Assembly (NCBI GenBank): GCA_050945875.1
Contig: JBMNTT010000004.1
Coordinates: forward strand, 8,238-72,237
DNA: 64,000 nucleotides
Direction: 5' to 3'
From: Christensenellales bacterium
GTDB taxonomy: Bacteria; Bacillota; Clostridia; Christensenellales; JBMNTT01
A model generated the notes under the pieces. It was not told where the DNA came from. It saw nothing but the letters and a program-made list of their open reading frames with translations, and made no database searches. Position 1 is the first letter of the stretch, and each line of letters opens with the position of its first letter. This document shows, one piece after another, positions 34,132-42,943 of this stretch. The translations under genes were made by a program, and so were the position numbers.

Positions 34132-35853
34132 ATGAAAGCACGGATTTTTCGCGTTCTGGCCCTGGTCAGCTGCCTGGCGACCCTGGCGACCGGCCTGGCC
34201 GCCTGCCTGCTCTACTATCCCTTCTACACCCGCGCCGTGCGCCAGCAGGCCGGGCAGACCCTCGCCGCCCTGGCCGTGGCCCTGGACGCCGCCCCCGATG
34301 ACCGCGCCCTGCTGGCCCGGGCCGCCGACCGGCTGCCCGGCAGCCGCCTGACCCTGGTGGACCCCTCCGGCGCGGTGCTCTACGACACCCAGGCCGACAT
34401 GGCCGACATGGACAACCACGCCGACCGCCAGGAGATCGCCCAGGCCCTGGCCCAGGGCGTCGGCGAGGCCACCCGCCGCTCCGACACCCTGGGGGTGGAC
34501 ACCTACTACCTGGCCCAGCGCCTGCAGGGCGGGGGCGCGCTGCGCCTGGCCCGGCCGGTGACCGCCCTGCGCGCGGTCTTTCTCAACACCCTGCCGCTGC
34601 TGGCGGCGGCCCTGCTGGCCGTGGCGCTGGTCAGCCTGTGGGTGAGCCGGGCGCTGACCCGGAGCATCCTGCGGCCCATCGGCCAGGCCCAGCGGCTGAT
34701 CGCCGAGCGCACGGCCCGCCCGCCTCGGCCGCTCGCCCCCCCGGCGGGCTATGAGGAGCTGACCCCCTTCCTCAACCAGATTTTCGAGCTCGACGCCCAG
34801 CGCGAGGCCACCATCGCCCGGCTGCGCGCCGAGCGTGACGCCATCGACAACCTCACCGGCAACATGCAGGAGGGGCTGGTGCTGCTGGACGGGCGGCAGG
34901 GGATTCTCTCCATCAACCCCAGCGCCCAGCGGATGCTGGGCCTGCCCGAGGCCCGCGCCTACCAGGGGGAGAGCTTCGTCGGCCTGGACCGCGACCCGGA
35001 GCTGACCTGCGCCCTCGAGGGAGCCCTGGCCGGTCGGGAGGACCTGGGCAGCGTGGATATCGCCCGGGCCGGGCGGGTGTACCGCTGCTGGGTGCACCCG
35101 GCGCTCGACCCCGAGGGCGGGGCCGACGGGGCGATGCTGCTGATGATGGACGTGACCGAGCAGGTGGACAGCGAGGCCATCCGCCAGAACTTCGCCGCCA
35201 ACGTCTCCCACGAGCTCAAGACCCCCCTGACCGCCATCCACGGCTTTGCCGAGCTGATGCAGCAGGGCCTGGTCACCGACCCGCAGGACGTCAAGCGCTC
35301 GGCCGCGGTGATCTACCGGGAGGCCTCCCGGCTGATCCGCCTGGTGGGCGACCTGATGCGCCTATCCCAAATCGAGTCCGGCGCGCCCCAACCCTTCGAG
35401 CGCTTCTGCCTGGCCGCCCTGGCCCGGGAGGTGGGCGACTGCCTGCAGGTCGCCGCCGACCGCGAGGGGGTGGACCTGCAGATCGACTGCCCGGAGATTT
35501 TCCTGGAGGCCAACCGCTCGATGATCGACGAGCTGCTCTACAACCTCGTCGACAACGCCGTCAAGTACAACCGCCCCGGCGGGCGCGTGTCCGTCGCCGC
35601 CCGGGCCGAGGGGGATCAGGTCGTCCTCTCCGTCGCCGACACCGGCATCGGCATCGCCCCGGAGCATCAGGGGCGCGTCTTCGAGCGCTTCTACCGCGTG
35701 GACAAGAGCCGTTCCAAACAGACCGGCGGCACCGGCCTGGGCCTGTCCATCGTCAAGCACATCGTCCAGTACCACCACGGCCAGCTCGCCCTTTCCAGCC
35801 AGGAAGGCCGGGGCACCACCGTGACCGTCACCCTGCCCGCGCAGCAGGGGTGA
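34132..35853 (+). CDS. phoR: Phosphate-sensing histidine kinase
   Basis: 573 aa with two TM helices, PAS-like regions, the H-box SHELKTPLTAI and ATPase boxes (DNAVKY, DTGIGI, GGTGLGLSIV). Confidence 0.88.
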   Translation: MKARIFRVLALVSCLATLATGLAACLLYYPFYTRAVRQQAGQTLAALAVALDAAPDDRALLARAADRLPGSRLTLVDPSGAVLYDTQADMADMDNHADRQEIAQALAQGVGEATRRSDTLGVDTYYLAQRLQGGGALRLARPVTALRAVFLNTLPLLAAALLAVALVSLWVSRALTRSILRPIGQAQRLIAERTARPPRPLAPPAGYEELTPFLNQIFELDAQREATIARLRAERDAIDNLTGNMQEGLVLLDGRQGILSINPSAQRMLGLPEARAYQGESFVGLDRDPELTCALEGALAGREDLGSVDIARAGRVYRCWVHPALDPEGGADGAMLLMMDVTEQVDSEAIRQNFAANVSHELKTPLTAIHGFAELMQQGLVTDPQDVKRSAAVIYREASRLIRLVGDLMRLSQIESGAPQPFERFCLAALAREVGDCLQVAADREGVDLQIDCPEIFLEANRSMIDELLYNLVDNAVKYNRPGGRVSVAARAEGDQVVLSVADTGIGIAPEHQGRVFERFYRVDKSRSKQTGGTGLGLSIVKHIVQYHHGQLALSSQEGRGTTVTVTLPAQQG

Positions 35854-35871
35854 GGGGGACAGAATAAGGAA

Positions 35872-35898
35872 GGGACCGCCCGTTGGCGGTCCCTTTTT
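35872..35898 (+). terminator. phoR terminator
   Basis: GGGACCGCC-CGTT-GGCGGTCCC followed by TTTTT. Confidence 0.7.
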
Positions 35899-36000
35899 CA
35901 TGCTCGTATTATCGTAACAAAGCTATGCGTGTTTAGCGAAAATAAGAACAATGTTGTATAATATAAATGTATTAGAAAAGAATTTTGGGGGTAGCAAATC

Positions 36001-36804
36001 ATGGAGTACATATTATATTGTGATGAATCATCAGATGAGGGTCCCAAGTGCGGTGACTTTTTTGGTGGATGCTTAATCAACTCAGAAGATTATGATCAAA
36101 TTGTAAATGCCTTGGAAACAAAAAAACGTGAGTTGAATCTCTTTGGTGAGATCAAATGGACGAAAGTGACGGAGCGCTATCTAGATAAATATATTGAAAT
36201 GATGGAGCTTTTCTTTTCATATATAAAAGAGGGTAAAATTCGGGTAAGAATCATGTTTCGGAATATTGGGGATGTTCCTAGCATGAGATATCAGCATCGC
36301 GATGAAGAAAAGTACTTCAAGTTATACTATCAATTTATTAAGCATGCCTTTGGCTTTCGTTATATGCCCGCAAGTGAGGAGCCGATTTATGTGCGCGTTT
36401 ATCTAGACCAGTTGCCAGACAAAGCAACAAAATGTTCAGCGTTCAAACAATATATCCAGGGGATTCCAAATATCAAAGAGTTTCAGGACAATGTGCCCAT
36501 GTTTCGTATTAGAGAAGGTGATGTCGCAGAAGTGTCTTCGCATGAGCATGTGCTTCTTCAATGTACCGATATTGTTTTGGGTTCAATGTATTTTCGGTTG
36601 AATGACCTACATAAAGCAGTACCGAATGGTGCACATAGAAGAGGAAAACGAACCATTGCGAAGGAAGCCCTTTACAAGTTTATCCATCGACAGATATGCC
36701 TTATTCTACCAAATTTCAATATTGGAATATCGACAGGGTTTAGAGAATACGAGAATGCTGCATGGGAGATGCCCTATCGGCATTGGAAATTCATCCCGAA
36801 ATAA
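36001..36804 (+). CDS. DUF3800 domain-containing protein on a low-GC islet
   Basis: 267 aa. The N-terminal YILYCDESS motif is typical of DUF3800. The sequence is visibly AT-rich relative to its flanks. Confidence 0.75.
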   Translation: MEYILYCDESSDEGPKCGDFFGGCLINSEDYDQIVNALETKKRELNLFGEIKWTKVTERYLDKYIEMMELFFSYIKEGKIRVRIMFRNIGDVPSMRYQHRDEEKYFKLYYQFIKHAFGFRYMPASEEPIYVRVYLDQLPDKATKCSAFKQYIQGIPNIKEFQDNVPMFRIREGDVAEVSSHEHVLLQCTDIVLGSMYFRLNDLHKAVPNGAHRRGKRTIAKEALYKFIHRQICLILPNFNIGISTGFREYENAAWEMPYRHWKFIPK

Positions 36805-37224
36805 AAATAATAAACGCCCCACATCTCCTACTAAGGACCCCACGTAGGAACGCAAGGCTTCGAAGACTGCAGAGCGCTTATCACAATAGTATATTCAAAA
36901 CTTACATTTTGATTCCTCTTCCTGTTCATCTTTACTATACATCGTTTATGCGCTAATGTCAATGATAGAATTTAGCCAAAATCAGACGAAATACCAAACT
37001 TAATTTGTCTTATGGCTTACTTTCTTAGGATTTTCCGCATTAACAACGAATACTAGTTCCAACGCCTGTGAATATTCATGCAATTTTCCCTTGCATTTAT
37101 TGCCAGTATTCTTTCCAGATACTTAAGGAATGTACCGGAATTCTCCACTTTCCCGACACCCCATCGGGCGTAAATCCACCCGTCCCCGCCGCGCGGTGCT
37201 ACACTGTCCCCGGGAGGTGCTTTC

Positions 37225-37485
37225 ATGGACGTCCTGGAGGATTTGTTCTACGGCAACATCCGCCCCTGCGAGGAGCCGACGGTCGGCGAGGCCTACCGGC
37301 GGGCGAGCAGGCGGGTGGACGAGCTGGAGGCGGCGCTGCGCGGACAGCTGGACATGGCGCAGGGCGCGCAGCTGACGGTGCTGATCGACGCGGTCAGCGC
37401 GCTGTCGGGCCAGCAGGAGGCGCGCTGCTTCGCCCAGGGATTCCGGCTGGGTGCGCGGCTGGCCCGGGCGATGGAGTTAGGCTGA
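37225..37485 (+). CDS. Small helical protein (DUF6809-like); paralog of 61909..62175
   Basis: 86 aa with a GGAGGTG RBS. It shares E(A/V)(Y/F)R..LE..LR...QEA..F.QGF..GARLAR with the second copy. Confidence 0.6.
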   Translation: MDVLEDLFYGNIRPCEEPTVGEAYRRASRRVDELEAALRGQLDMAQGAQLTVLIDAVSALSGQQEARCFAQGFRLGARLARAMELG

Positions 37486-37530
37486 GGGCGTAAATCATGG
37501 AAGCTATTATTGATTTACAATAAAAATTTA

Positions 37531-37558
37531 TTGAAATTAGGCCGATTTGTGGTATAAT
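37531..37558 (+). promoter_or_regulatory. Promoter for the membrane protein gene
   Basis: TTGAAA at 37531-37536, 16-bp spacer, TGgTATAAT (-10 at 37553-37558). Confidence 0.55.
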
Positions 37559-37589
37559 GAGGGTAGCAATTTCCAGGAGGAGATGCCTT

Positions 37590-38054
37590 ATGATGCGTCG
37601 GCTTTATGTGCTGCGTGCGCTGGTCCTGGTGGGGATCGTTCTGATGCTCGGAGCCCTGGCGGCCACGCCCCTGGTGCTGACCGCCTTTTTCAAGGCCTCT
37701 GCCTTCAACCCTCAGCATCCCCATGCCGTGGCCATTTCTACCGTTTGTGTGTATGCCATCGCGGCTCCCTGTGTGGCGGCGCTGTTTGCGTTGCTGGGCG
37801 TCTGTCGACATCTATCCGCTGGCTCGGCGGGCTATAGCGCGGCTGCCCGGAGACTGAAGATCATCGCCGGATGCGCCCTGGCCGAGACCGGGATTTTCTG
37901 GGCGGTGCAGGCGGTCCTGTCCGCGTTCTTTCAGGCTTTCCTCTATGCGCTCACGGTAATTCCGGCGGTGGCGGTGCCATGGGCCTGCGCGGTCACGGCC
38001 CTGACGGCCTGGGTGCTGGCGGACGTTCTCGGGCGGGTTGCACCCGCTCCATAA
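37590..38054 (+). CDS. Hypothetical polytopic membrane protein (four predicted TM helices)
   Basis: Track ORF trimmed to MMRRLYVLRAL (AGGAGG RBS). Confidence 0.6.
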   Translation: MMRRLYVLRALVLVGIVLMLGALAATPLVLTAFFKASAFNPQHPHAVAISTVCVYAIAAPCVAALFALLGVCRHLSAGSAGYSAAARRLKIIAGCALAETGIFWAVQAVLSAFFQAFLYALTVIPAVAVPWACAVTALTAWVLADVLGRVAPAP

Positions 38055-38266
38055 ATCGGCTGTGGATCAAAACGAATGCGCATCCAAACGTTTGCTTGAA
38101 GGCGCATTCTGAAAAGGACTATCAATACCTAATCCCTTTTTCATTGGAATCCCTCCCTCAATTATAAATGTTGTTTTCGGCATATATTTCTTTGTTTCAA
38201 CGCAATGTTATGCCCTCCTGCCAAAACAAAAAGCCGAGCAAATTTTGCTCGGCTTGCTGCATCTGT

Positions 38267-40093
38267 TTATTCCTTGTTGCTGATGACGGCCTTGATGCGG
38301 CGCACGCCCGCGGAGCTGGACTCCTCCTTCTGGATCTTGAAGCCGCCCAGCTCGCCGGTGCGGCTGGCGTGGGGGCCGCCGCAGATTTCCTTGGAGAAGG
38401 CGCCCATGGTGTAGACCTTGACCTTCTCGCCGTACTTGCTCTCGAACAGGCCGATGGCGCCCTGGGCCTTGGCCTCGTCCACGGTCATCTCCTCCAGGGT
38501 GATGGGCGCGTCGGCGGCGATGGCGGCGTTGACCCAATCCTGCACCTGGGCGATCTCCTCCTTGGTCATTTTGCGGGGGAAGGAGAAGTCGAAGCGCAGG
38601 CGCTCGGCGGTGATGTTGCTGCCGCGCTGGGCGACGTCCTCGCCCAGATAGTGGCGCAGCGCCGCGTGCAGCAGGTGGGTGGCGGTGTGCAGCCGGGCGG
38701 TGGCGACGCTCTGGTCGGCCAGGCCGCCCTTGAAGCGCTGCTCGGCCCCGGCGTGGCTGGTGGCCTGGTGCTGCTTAAAGCGCTCGGCGAAGCCCGCCTC
38801 GTCCACCTTCAGGCCGCGCTCGGCGGCCATCTCCACGGTCATCTCCAGCGGGAAGCCCAGGGTGTCGTAGAGGCGGAAGGCGGTGGGCCCGTCGATGGTA
38901 TCCCCGGGGTGCATGCGGCCGGCGATCTTCTCAAACTCGCGCAGGCCCTGGGCCAGGGTGCGCTGGAAGCGGCCCTCCTCCAGCCTGAGCTGCTCGAGGA
39001 TGAAGGCGCGGTGGGCGGCCAGCTCGGGGTAGACCTCGCCGAACTGGTCCACCACCACCGAGGCGATCTCGCCGGTGGGGGAGACCGCGGCCGAGGCGTC
39101 AAAGGGCACGCCCAGCATCCGGGCGAAGCGCACCGCCCGGCGGATCAGCCGGCGCAGCACGTAGCCCTGGTCCACGTTGGAGGGGGTGACGGCGCGGTTG
39201 TCGCCCAGGATGAAGGTGGCGGTGCGCAGGTGGTCGGCCACCACGCGGAAGGCCCGGTCGTCCTCGGGGTTCTGGCCGTAGCGCTTGCCCGAGAGGGCCT
39301 CGATCTTGGCCAGAATGTCGGAGAAGATCTCGGTGTCGTAGACGCTCTTGACGCCGTTTAGCACGCAGATGGTGCGCTCCAGACCCATGCCGGTATCGAC
39401 GTTCTTCTGCTCCAGGGGCTCGAAGGCGCCGTCCGCAGTCTTGTTGTACTGCATGAACACGTCGTTCCAGATCTCCAGATACCGTCCGCAGTCGCAGGCG
39501 GGGGAGCAGTCCGGCCCGCAGGGGGGCTTGTCGGTGATGATGAACATCTCGGTGTCCGGACCGCAGGGGCCGGTCTGGCCCGCGGGGCCCCACCAGTTGT
39601 TCTCCTTGGGCAGGAAGAAGATGTGGTCCTCGGGCACGCCCATGCTGCGCCAGAGCTGGTAGCTCTCCTCGTCCCGGGGGGCGTTCTCATCCCCGGCGAA
39701 GACCGAGAAGGCCAGGCGCGTGGGGTCCAGACCCAGGTACTTCGGGCTGGTCAGAAACTCCCAGCTCCAGGCGATGGCCTCCTTCTTGAAATAGTCCCCC
39801 AGGGACCAGTTGCCCAGCATCTCAAAGCAGGTCAGGTGGCTGGCGTCGCCCACCTCGTCGATGTCGCCGGTGCGGATACAGCGCTGCACGTCGGTCAGGC
39901 GGGTGCCCTCGGGGTGCTTCTCGCCCATCAGGTAGGGCACCAGCGGGTGCATGCCCGCGGTGGTGAACAGCACGGTGGGGTCGTTCTCGGGGATGACCGA
40001 GGCCCCGGGGATGACGGCGTGGCCCTTGTCCTTGAAGAAGGCCAGGAATTTGCTGCGCAAAACGGCGCTGGTGATCTTCGGCAGTCCGATCAT
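38267..40093 (-). CDS. alaS: Alanine--tRNA ligase, short form (about 608 aa, no C-Ala domain)
   Basis: The C-terminal 608 codons of the 973-aa track ORF; ATG at 40093 with a GAGGAG RBS. It has class II AlaRS motifs (FTTAGMHP, FEMLGNWSLGDYFK) and the editing-domain motifs HTATHLLH and CGGPH. Confidence 0.87.
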   Translation of the reverse strand: MIGLPKITSAVLRSKFLAFFKDKGHAVIPGASVIPENDPTVLFTTAGMHPLVPYLMGEKHPEGTRLTDVQRCIRTGDIDEVGDASHLTCFEMLGNWSLGDYFKKEAIAWSWEFLTSPKYLGLDPTRLAFSVFAGDENAPRDEESYQLWRSMGVPEDHIFFLPKENNWWGPAGQTGPCGPDTEMFIITDKPPCGPDCSPACDCGRYLEIWNDVFMQYNKTADGAFEPLEQKNVDTGMGLERTICVLNGVKSVYDTEIFSDILAKIEALSGKRYGQNPEDDRAFRVVADHLRTATFILGDNRAVTPSNVDQGYVLRRLIRRAVRFARMLGVPFDASAAVSPTGEIASVVVDQFGEVYPELAAHRAFILEQLRLEEGRFQRTLAQGLREFEKIAGRMHPGDTIDGPTAFRLYDTLGFPLEMTVEMAAERGLKVDEAGFAERFKQHQATSHAGAEQRFKGGLADQSVATARLHTATHLLHAALRHYLGEDVAQRGSNITAERLRFDFSFPRKMTKEEIAQVQDWVNAAIAADAPITLEEMTVDEAKAQGAIGLFESKYGEKVKVYTMGAFSKEICGGPHASRTGELGGFKIQKEESSSAGVRRIKAVISNKE

Positions 40094-40099
40094 GGCAAA

Positions 40100-40381
40100 G
40101 CTCCTCTCTTGTGGCAAATAAAAAAACGCCTCCTCCTCATGGGACGAAAGGCGTTGTTTCGCGGTACCACCCAAGTTGGCAGCGACCGCTGCCCCCTCTA
40201 TGCCCGGTAACGTCGGGCGCACGGGGCGGTATTTCCACCGCCCGGCTCCGGGATGGCAGGGTCCGCGCGCTCCCCCGCCGGCCTTCCACCGCCGCCGGCT
40301 CGCTGTGGGTTCTGCGCGGGACGCGGGTCCCTTCTCAGCCTGTGTATCGCTTAGTATAGCCCTGGCGGCGGGCTTTGTCAA
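40100..40381 (-). promoter_or_regulatory. Promoter plus T-box riboswitch leader of alaS
   Basis: On the minus strand: TTGACA (rc of 40376-40381), 17-bp spacer, TATACT (rc of 40353-40358). The T-box sequence TTGGGTGGTACCGCG is the rc of 40160-40174. A terminator lies at 40118-40156 with a T-run. Confidence 0.8.
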
Positions 40382-40441
40382 GCCTGCACCTTGCGCGGGC
40401 GGGTGCGGCGTGTTACAATGAGGCGCTAGGCAAACGGGGAG

Positions 40442-41386
40442 GTGGGGCCGGTGCTTTCGATGTTCCGCATGGACGGCGAGGCGCTCTTGGACGCCGATCA
40501 ATTCGAGGACGGGGTGTGGGTCAACCTGACCGCGCCCACCGAGCGGGAGCTCGAGCGGGTGGGCGAGGGCCTGCACCTGGAGATGGACTTTTTGAAGGCC
40601 GCCCTGGACGACGAGGAGATGGCCCGCATCGAGTGGGACGCCGGCCAGACCCTGGTGCTGGTCGATCTGCCCATGGTCGAGGCCGACGGGGACGCCTTCA
40701 TCTATACCACCCTGCCGCTGGGCATCGTCATGACCGACGAGGCCATCGTCACCGTCTGCCTGAAGGACTCCCCGGTGGTGCAGGATTTCGTCTGCGGCCG
40801 GGTCAAGGAGTTTTACACCTACAAGAAGACCCGCTTCATCCTCCAGCTGCTCTACCGCATCGCGGGCAAGTATTTGCAGTACCTGCGGCAGATCGACCGC
40901 GCCTCGGTGCGGGTGCAGAAGGAGCTGGAAAACTCCATGCGCAACCGCGAGCTGCTGCAGCTGCTGGCCCTGGAGAAGAGCCTGGTGTATTTTTCCACCT
41001 CGCTCAAGGCCAACGAGATCGTCATGGAGAAGCTCATGCGCATGGCCGCCATCAAGAAATACCCCGATGACGCCGACCTGCTGGAGGACGTCATCATCGA
41101 GAACAAGCAGGCCATCGAGATGTGCGCCATCTACCGCGACATCCTCAGCGGCACCATGGAGGCCTTTTCCTCGGTCATCTCCAACCACCTGAACGTGGTG
41201 ATGAAGTTCTTGACCTCGGTGACCATCGTCATCTCGGTGCCCACCATCATCGCCTCCCTGTGGGGCATGAACGTGCCCGGCCTGCCCTTCGCCCAGAACC
41301 CCTGGGGCTTTGCCATCGTCTGCGTGCTCTCGGTGGTCATCAGCTGCGTCGTCGCGCTGATCATGGCCAAGCGCAAGCTGCTCTGA
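40442..41386 (+). CDS. corA: CorA family magnesium/cobalt transporter
   Basis: Contains the GMN motif (LWGMNVPGLPF) and two C-terminal TM helices. The start is ambiguous: GTG at 40442 or 40451, or ATG at 40460. Confidence 0.87.
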   Translation: MGPVLSMFRMDGEALLDADQFEDGVWVNLTAPTERELERVGEGLHLEMDFLKAALDDEEMARIEWDAGQTLVLVDLPMVEADGDAFIYTTLPLGIVMTDEAIVTVCLKDSPVVQDFVCGRVKEFYTYKKTRFILQLLYRIAGKYLQYLRQIDRASVRVQKELENSMRNRELLQLLALEKSLVYFSTSLKANEIVMEKLMRMAAIKKYPDDADLLEDVIIENKQAIEMCAIYRDILSGTMEAFSSVISNHLNVVMKFLTSVTIVISVPTIIASLWGMNVPGLPFAQNPWGFAIVCVLSVVISCVVALIMAKRKLL

Positions 41387-41556
41387 GAGCAGCCCGCTCG
41401 CGCGCCATCGGGGACAAAGCCGGAAAAATGGGATGAAAACCGGGAGATTATCTGCTATACTGAAACTAGATTTATAGGCCCATCGCGGGCCTGACCATAG
41501 ATTGGATTTGTTAGGGAGGTGAATCCCGGCCGCCGAGGGAGGCGGTTGGGAGCCCG

Positions 41557-42834
41557 ATGGAAAAGATGCGCATCGTGGGCGGAAAGCGCCTGGAAGGCAC
41601 GGTCAAGGTGGCGGGCAGCAAGAACGCCGCCGTGGCCATCATCCCCGCGGCCCTGCTCTCCGACGGGGTCTGTACGATTGAGAACCTGCCGCTGATCGAC
41701 GACGTGTTTGTCATGCGGGATATCCTGCGGGCCCTGGGGGCCAAGGTCGCCCTGACCGACGACGGGGTGATGACCGTCGATCCGTCGGGCTTTGCGGCCC
41801 ACGTCGCCCCCTACGACATGGTGCGGCGCATGCGGGCGAGCTACTACCTGGTGGGCGTGATGCTCGGGCGCTTCGGCAAGGCCGAGGTGGCCTTCCCGGG
41901 CGGGTGTGACATCGGCAGCCGTCCCATCGATCAGCACATCAAGGGCTTCGCGGCGCTGGGGGCCGAGGTGGAGGTCGAGCGGGGCATCATCTTCGCCAAG
42001 ACCGGCCCGACCGGGCTGCGGGGCTCGGTGGCCTATCTGGATGTGCCCAGCGTGGGCGCGACCATCAACCTGATGCTCGCGGCGGTGCGCACCCCCGGGG
42101 TGACCACCCTGGTCAACCCTGCCAAGGAGCCCCACGTCGTGGACCTGGCCAACTTCCTCAACCTAATGGGCGCCAACATCAAGGGCGCGGGCACCGACAC
42201 CATCCGCATCACCGGCGTGGACCGCCTGAAGGGCTGCTCCTACGCCATCGTGCCGGACATGATCGAGGCGGGCACGCTGATGATCGCCGCGGCGGGCACC
42301 CGGGGGGACGTGATGGTCGAGGGGGTCATCCCCACCCATATGGAGGCCCTGTCGGCCAAGCTGATCGAGACCGGCGCGTCCATCACCGAGTACGACGAGG
42401 GCATCCGCGTGCGCATGGAGCACCGGCCCCGCCCGGCCAACATCAAGACCCAGGCCTACCCGGGCTTCCCCACCGACCTGCAGCAGCCCATGTGCGTGCT
42501 CTTGAGCGTCGCCTCGGGCATGAGCATGGTCACCGAGACCATCTATGAGGCGCGCTTCCGCTATATCGACGAGCTCAACCGCATGGGCGCGGACATCACT
42601 GCCCGGGACCGGGTGGCCGTGGTGGGCGGCGTGGAGAAGCTCTACGGCGGCCCGGTCACCGCGACGGACCTGCGGGCCGGGGCGGCGCTGGTGGTGGCCG
42701 GGCTGATCGCCGACGGCACCACCGAGATCACCGGCGTGAAGTACATCGACCGGGGCTACGCCCACCTGGAGCGCAAGCTGGTCAGCCTGGGGGCGGACAT
42801 CGTGCGCGTGCGGGACGAGGCCGAGGAGGAGTGA
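41557..42834 (+). CDS. murA: UDP-N-acetylglucosamine 1-carboxyvinyltransferase
   Basis: 425 aa with GSKNAAVAI, the active-site GGCDIGSRPID and DLRAGAALVVAGL. Confidence 0.95.
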   Translation: MEKMRIVGGKRLEGTVKVAGSKNAAVAIIPAALLSDGVCTIENLPLIDDVFVMRDILRALGAKVALTDDGVMTVDPSGFAAHVAPYDMVRRMRASYYLVGVMLGRFGKAEVAFPGGCDIGSRPIDQHIKGFAALGAEVEVERGIIFAKTGPTGLRGSVAYLDVPSVGATINLMLAAVRTPGVTTLVNPAKEPHVVDLANFLNLMGANIKGAGTDTIRITGVDRLKGCSYAIVPDMIEAGTLMIAAAGTRGDVMVEGVIPTHMEALSAKLIETGASITEYDEGIRVRMEHRPRPANIKTQAYPGFPTDLQQPMCVLLSVASGMSMVTETIYEARFRYIDELNRMGADITARDRVAVVGGVEKLYGGPVTATDLRAGAALVVAGLIADGTTEITGVKYIDRGYAHLERKLVSLGADIVRVRDEAEEE

Positions 42835-42857
42835 GTCCCGACCGAAGCGGTCCGGGA

Positions 42858-42938
42858 GGGCCCGGTCGAGGGGCGGCGCATCGAGCTGTGGGGCCCGGCT
42901 GAGGGGCGGCGCATCGGGCCGAGGGGCCCGGCCGGCGC
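42858..42938. repeat. 33-bp tandem repeat, about 2.4 copies, between convergent genes
   Basis: GGGCCCGG(T/C)(C/T)GAGGGGCGGCGCATCG(A/G)GC... at 42858-42890 and 42891-42923, with a partial copy at 42924-42938. Confidence 0.85.
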
Positions 42939-42943
42939 TCCCC

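Noticed and set aside
33355-35241. 628-aa minus-strand ORF, with related ones at 31022..32020, 31974..33449 and 29198..30574
   Set aside because: They are antisense to the pst/phoU/phoPR genes, which carry unambiguous Walker, H-box and PhoU motifs. They are GC-rich shadow ORFs.
36762-36956. 64-aa plus-strand ORF in the DUF3800 islet
   Set aside because: It starts inside the DUF3800 coding region in another frame and has no RBS. It is probably a chance ORF in AT-rich DNA.
38168-39361. 397-aa plus-strand ORF
   Set aside because: It is antisense to alaS, with a low-complexity Gly/Ala/Leu/Asp product. It is a shadow ORF.
40094-41188. N-terminal 365 codons of the 973-aa track ORF, which would make a 'full-length' AlaRS
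   Set aside because: This part covers the T-box leader and its promoter and is antisense to corA. AlaRS homology begins only at MIGLPKITS (40093), which has its own RBS.
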